From contig CAVYSW010000010.1 of NCBI GenBank assembly GCA_963771275.1, forward strand, positions 544,001-608,000: a DNA stretch of 64,000 nucleotides, given 5' to 3'. A model generated the notes under the pieces. It saw only the letters and a program-made list of their open reading frames with translations, was not told where the DNA came from and did not search any database. Within the stretch, counting starts at the first letter, position 1, and the number at the start of each line of letters is the position of its first letter. The DNA comes from an uncultured Gemmatimonadales bacterium (lineage in GTDB: Bacteria > Gemmatimonadota > Gemmatimonadetes > Gemmatimonadales > GWC2-71-9). Position numbers and translations under genes: made by a program. Of the stretch, positions 61,038 to 64,000 are shown piece after piece.

Positions 61038-62012
61038 ATGGGACATGGCAGCGGGGGGAATCGGCCCGTGACATCGCGCGAACGGAGCGACCCGGCGGAG
61101 CAGGCGTTGATCGCCCGGATCGGCGAGGGGTTCATGCTCGAGTCGGAGGAGGACATGACCCCCGGCTACAAGCAGGCGCTGCTGACCCAGCTCACCGTCC
61201 AGGGCGACACCGAGCTGATGAGCGCGCCGGCGTATTATCTCGCGTCGCGCGACGCGCCGTCGATCAACAGCCGCATCGCCGTGACGGCGATCGTGCACGA
61301 CGAGCTGGGGCACGCGAACATCGCGTACCGCATCATGGAAGACCTGGGCGTCGACAAGCGCTGGCTGATCTACGGCCGCGCTGCGCACGAGTTCAAGCAC
61401 CCCTATGGCTTCGACCAGCCGCTGGAGAACTGGGCGGAGATGGTGGTGGCGAACGGGTTCTTCGACCGCGCGGGCATCACGCTCCTCTCGGACGTGCACC
61501 AGCACACGAGCTACGGCCCGCTCAAGCGGGCGCTCGTGAAAGTGGACCGCGAGGAAGTGCTGCACCTCCGGCATGGCGAGTCGTGGATGAAGCGGCTGGC
61601 CAAGGCCGGCGGCGCGGTGAAAGCCTCGCTGCAGCGGGCGGTGGACTGGATGTTCCCGATGACGCTCGAGTGGTTCGGCCTGCCGGACGATCGTAAGCGC
61701 CACAGCGACCAGCTCACCTACCGTCTCAAGGGCAAGACCAACGACCAGCTGCGGCAGACGTGGATGGCGGCGACGGTGCCCCTGTGCGAGAGCATCGATA
61801 TCCGGGTGCCGGCGCACCGGGACGAGGACAAGCAGGAGTTCGTGATCGAGTACCCGTTCCCCTGCCAGTACGACCCCGAGGCGAAACGCTGGTTGTTCGA
61901 TCAGCCCCTCACCTGGGACCAGGTGTTCGAGCGCTGGAAGGCGCGCGGGCCGATGAACACGCGCTACGTGGCGATGGTCCAGGGCGCGTTCGGGAGCGCC
62001 GTTGCCCACTGA
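61038..62012 (+). CDS. PaaA-like diiron aryl-CoA epoxidase catalytic subunit (divergent)
   Basis: DTE, DELGH, FFDR, TSYGPL, EEVLH; start may be GTG at 61068. Confidence 0.88.
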   Translation: MGHGSGGNRPVTSRERSDPAEQALIARIGEGFMLESEEDMTPGYKQALLTQLTVQGDTELMSAPAYYLASRDAPSINSRIAVTAIVHDELGHANIAYRIMEDLGVDKRWLIYGRAAHEFKHPYGFDQPLENWAEMVVANGFFDRAGITLLSDVHQHTSYGPLKRALVKVDREEVLHLRHGESWMKRLAKAGGAVKASLQRAVDWMFPMTLEWFGLPDDRKRHSDQLTYRLKGKTNDQLRQTWMAATVPLCESIDIRVPAHRDEDKQEFVIEYPFPCQYDPEAKRWLFDQPLTWDQVFERWKARGPMNTRYVAMVQGAFGSAVAH

Positions 62013-62313
62013 CGCCGAGATCTGGTCGGCCCTCGGCCGCGTCACGGATCCCGAGTACCCGCTCAGCATCGTGGACCTCGGCATGGTGTACGACGTGCGC
62101 CTGGCGGGCGGAACGGCACGGATCGCGATGACGTTCACGTCGCTCGGCTGTCCGGCGATCGACATGCTGGTGGCGGACGCCCGTGAGGCCGTGGCCGCCG
62201 TTCCGGGGGTCACCGGAGTGGATCTTGCCGTCGTGTGGAGCCCGCCGTGGACCAAGGACCGGATCAGCGAGCGCGGCCGGCGGGTGCTCGCGATGTACGG
62301 TGTGGCCTGCTGA
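62002..62313 (+). CDS. DUF59/MIP18 protein (PaaD N-terminal part)
   Basis: VTDPEYPLSIVDLGMV, TSLGCPA, VWSPPWTKDRIS. Confidence 0.9.
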   Translation: MPTDAEIWSALGRVTDPEYPLSIVDLGMVYDVRLAGGTARIAMTFTSLGCPAIDMLVADAREAVAAVPGVTGVDLAVVWSPPWTKDRISERGRRVLAMYGVAC

Positions 62314-62329
62314 TGGCCGGGGGGTGGCG

Positions 62330-62545
62330 ATGAGCGAGGAACGCGTCTACGAGGTGTTCGCGCGCAAGAGCCACGACGAGGAGCTCAAGCATGTCGGCAG
62401 CGTGAACGCCACGGACGACGACCTCGCCCGGGCCTACGCCTGGACCCTGTACGACGAGGAGCGCTGGGTGGAGATGTGCGTCGTGCCGCGCAGCGCGATC
62501 ATCCCGGTGCTGCATCGGGGGCGGGTACCCGTGTGGGGGAATTGA
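62330..62545 (+). CDS. PaaB-like small subunit
   Basis: YEVFAR...HVGSVNA...A..YA...Y....VVPRSAI. Confidence 0.85.
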   Translation: MSEERVYEVFARKSHDEELKHVGSVNATDDDLARAYAWTLYDEERWVEMCVVPRSAIIPVLHRGRVPVWGN

Positions 62546-62553
62546 CGGCCAGG

Positions 62554-63399
62554 ATGGAGACGGGCAGCGAGGGAGAGATGAGGAAGGCGGGGCGACGGGA
62601 GTTCGAGTCGCTCGAGGGGATGTCCGACGCGTGCGTGCGCGGCGTGCACCACCTGCTGCTCGCGTGCGCCGACACGAAGCTGCTGCTCGGGTACCATTAC
62701 GGCGAGTGGACGTTCGGCACGCCCGAGCTCGAGGCCGCGGTGGCGAGCTGCTCGCTGTCCCAGGCCGAGTTCGGGCACGTGCGGCTGCTGCACGCGCTGC
62801 TCGACAGGCACTTCGGAGACGACCCGGACGCGCTGGTCGACCGCCGGCTCCCCCAAGAGTTCGCCAACGTGGGGTTCCTCGACCACCCGGTCCCCGACTG
62901 GCCGGGCTTCGTGGCCGCCAACTACGTGGTGGATCTCGCCGTGACGCGCGTGCTGCACGCGTTACGGCACTGCGCCTTCAAACCACTCGGCCTGAGCGTG
63001 GAGAAGATGATCGACGAAGAGCGCTACCACCTGCACCACGGCCGCGGCTGGTTCCGCACCCTCGCCGCGCGGGGGGGCGACGATCGGCGGGCGCTGGAAC
63101 GGCACGTGCGGACGGCGCTCGCGTCGGTCGCCGAATGGCTCGGGCCGCCGGACGAGCCGGAAGACCGGGCGCTCGTCGCCGAGGGAGTGAAGGCAACCGA
63201 CAACCGCGCGCTGCTCGCAGCCGTGCAGCACGACGTCGCAGAGCTGGCCGAAACGCTGGGGGTCGACGTCGCGGTGGCGCCGCCGCGGTCGTTCGCCGGC
63301 TGGACCCCGTCGAACCGCCGGATCGGTGGCGGCGGGCCGGACGAGGAGATCCTGTTCCACCTGCGCGGCGCCAAGAACGCCATGTACAAGCTCAGCTGA
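62554..63399 (+). CDS. PaaC-like ferritin-fold subunit
   Basis: GEWTFGTPELEAAVA, EFGH, EERYH; start uncertain (62542, 62554 or 62578). Confidence 0.85.
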   Translation: METGSEGEMRKAGRREFESLEGMSDACVRGVHHLLLACADTKLLLGYHYGEWTFGTPELEAAVASCSLSQAEFGHVRLLHALLDRHFGDDPDALVDRRLPQEFANVGFLDHPVPDWPGFVAANYVVDLAVTRVLHALRHCAFKPLGLSVEKMIDEERYHLHHGRGWFRTLAARGGDDRRALERHVRTALASVAEWLGPPDEPEDRALVAEGVKATDNRALLAAVQHDVAELAETLGVDVAVAPPRSFAGWTPSNRRIGGGGPDEEILFHLRGAKNAMYKLS

Positions 63400-63602
63400 T
63401 GGCCCCCCCCCTGCCCCCCCCCGAGCCGCCGGCGCCGGTGCCCTGTCCGTTCTGCGGCTCGCGCGAAACCGAGAAGCAGTCGGACTTCGGGACGTCGCTG
63501 ATGGTGCGCCTGCACTATTGCCGGCGCTGCAAGTCGTCGTTCGAGGCGATCAAATGGGGCGATGCCTGCACCCCGCTCGACTTGCCGTCGTTCCTCGAAT
63601 GA
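63399..63602 (+). CDS. PaaD-like zinc ribbon (PaaD C-terminal part)
   Basis: CPFCGS...SDFG...YCRRCKSSFEAIK; TGATG coupling. Confidence 0.85.
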   Translation: MAPPLPPPEPPAPVPCPFCGSRETEKQSDFGTSLMVRLHYCRRCKSSFEAIKWGDACTPLDLPSFLE

Positions 63603-63644
63603 GAGGCACGAAGGCATCTCTTCCTTCATGGAGGATGATCCGAC

Positions 63645-64000
63645 ATGACTGATTGGGCTGCACCCACCGACCGGAAACTCGTCGAGTACCGGGTGGAGGA
63701 CGGGCTGGCGATCCTGGAGCTGAGCGATCCCCCGGCCAACACGTACACGTACCAGATGATGCGGCAGCTCGACTACGCCGTCCTCGAAGCCCGCATGGAC
63801 GACCGCGTGCACGTGATCGTTCTCCGGGGGAAAGGCGAGAAGTTCTTCTCGGCTGGCGCCAACATCACGATGCTGAACGAGGTGACGCCGCGGTTCAAGT
63901 ACTTCTTCTGCCTGCACGCCAACGAGACCCTGAACCGGCTCGAGCAGACGCCGAAGCTCGTGATCGGCGCACTGAACGGCCATACGGTGGGCGGCGGGCT
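63645..64000 (+). CDS. enoyl-CoA hydratase/isomerase family protein (truncated by the window end)
   Basis: DPPANTY, KFFSAGANI, PKLVIGALNGHTVGGG. Confidence 0.9.
   Translation, partial: MTDWAAPTDRKLVEYRVEDGLAILELSDPPANTYTYQMMRQLDYAVLEARMDDRVHVIVLRGKGEKFFSAGANITMLNEVTPRFKYFFCLHANETLNRLEQTPKLVIGALNGHTVGGG

Overview
Very GC-rich bacterial chromosomal window, most likely Gemmatimonadota (inferred from gene content and protein character; no search was run). It is mostly housekeeping genes in long, translationally coupled minus-strand runs: rimP-nusA-L7Ae-infB-DUF503-rbfA-truB-ribF-secDF-tatD-fhs; serS-kinase-uvrD; groES-groEL with a CIRCE element; and icd-pepA-...-gmk-rpoZ-coaBC-udg-dnaB-radA-ispD-tsaC-ptp-aroE-comF-gap-pgk-tpiA-secG-carA-HU. 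It also has tRNA-Leu(CAA), an ECF sigma/anti-sigma/Spy-like cassette, and the start of a divergent aryl-CoA epoxidase (Paa-like) operon at the right end. I found no mobile element, prophage or CRISPR array. The most notable observations are: a coupled HEAT-repeat/HD-GYP pair sharing an unnamed 'YPEGH' N-terminal domain; a rearranged Paa-like operon with a split PaaD and a perfect PaaR-type operator; an outer-membrane beta-barrel fused to NlpC/P60; repeated leaderless promoter architecture; AT-rich palindromes inside coding sequence; inverted heptamer arrays; a probable CTG start for truB; an Asp-type MurA; and a 1-nt frameshift in tatD. Starts were chosen by eye and some may shift by a few codons.
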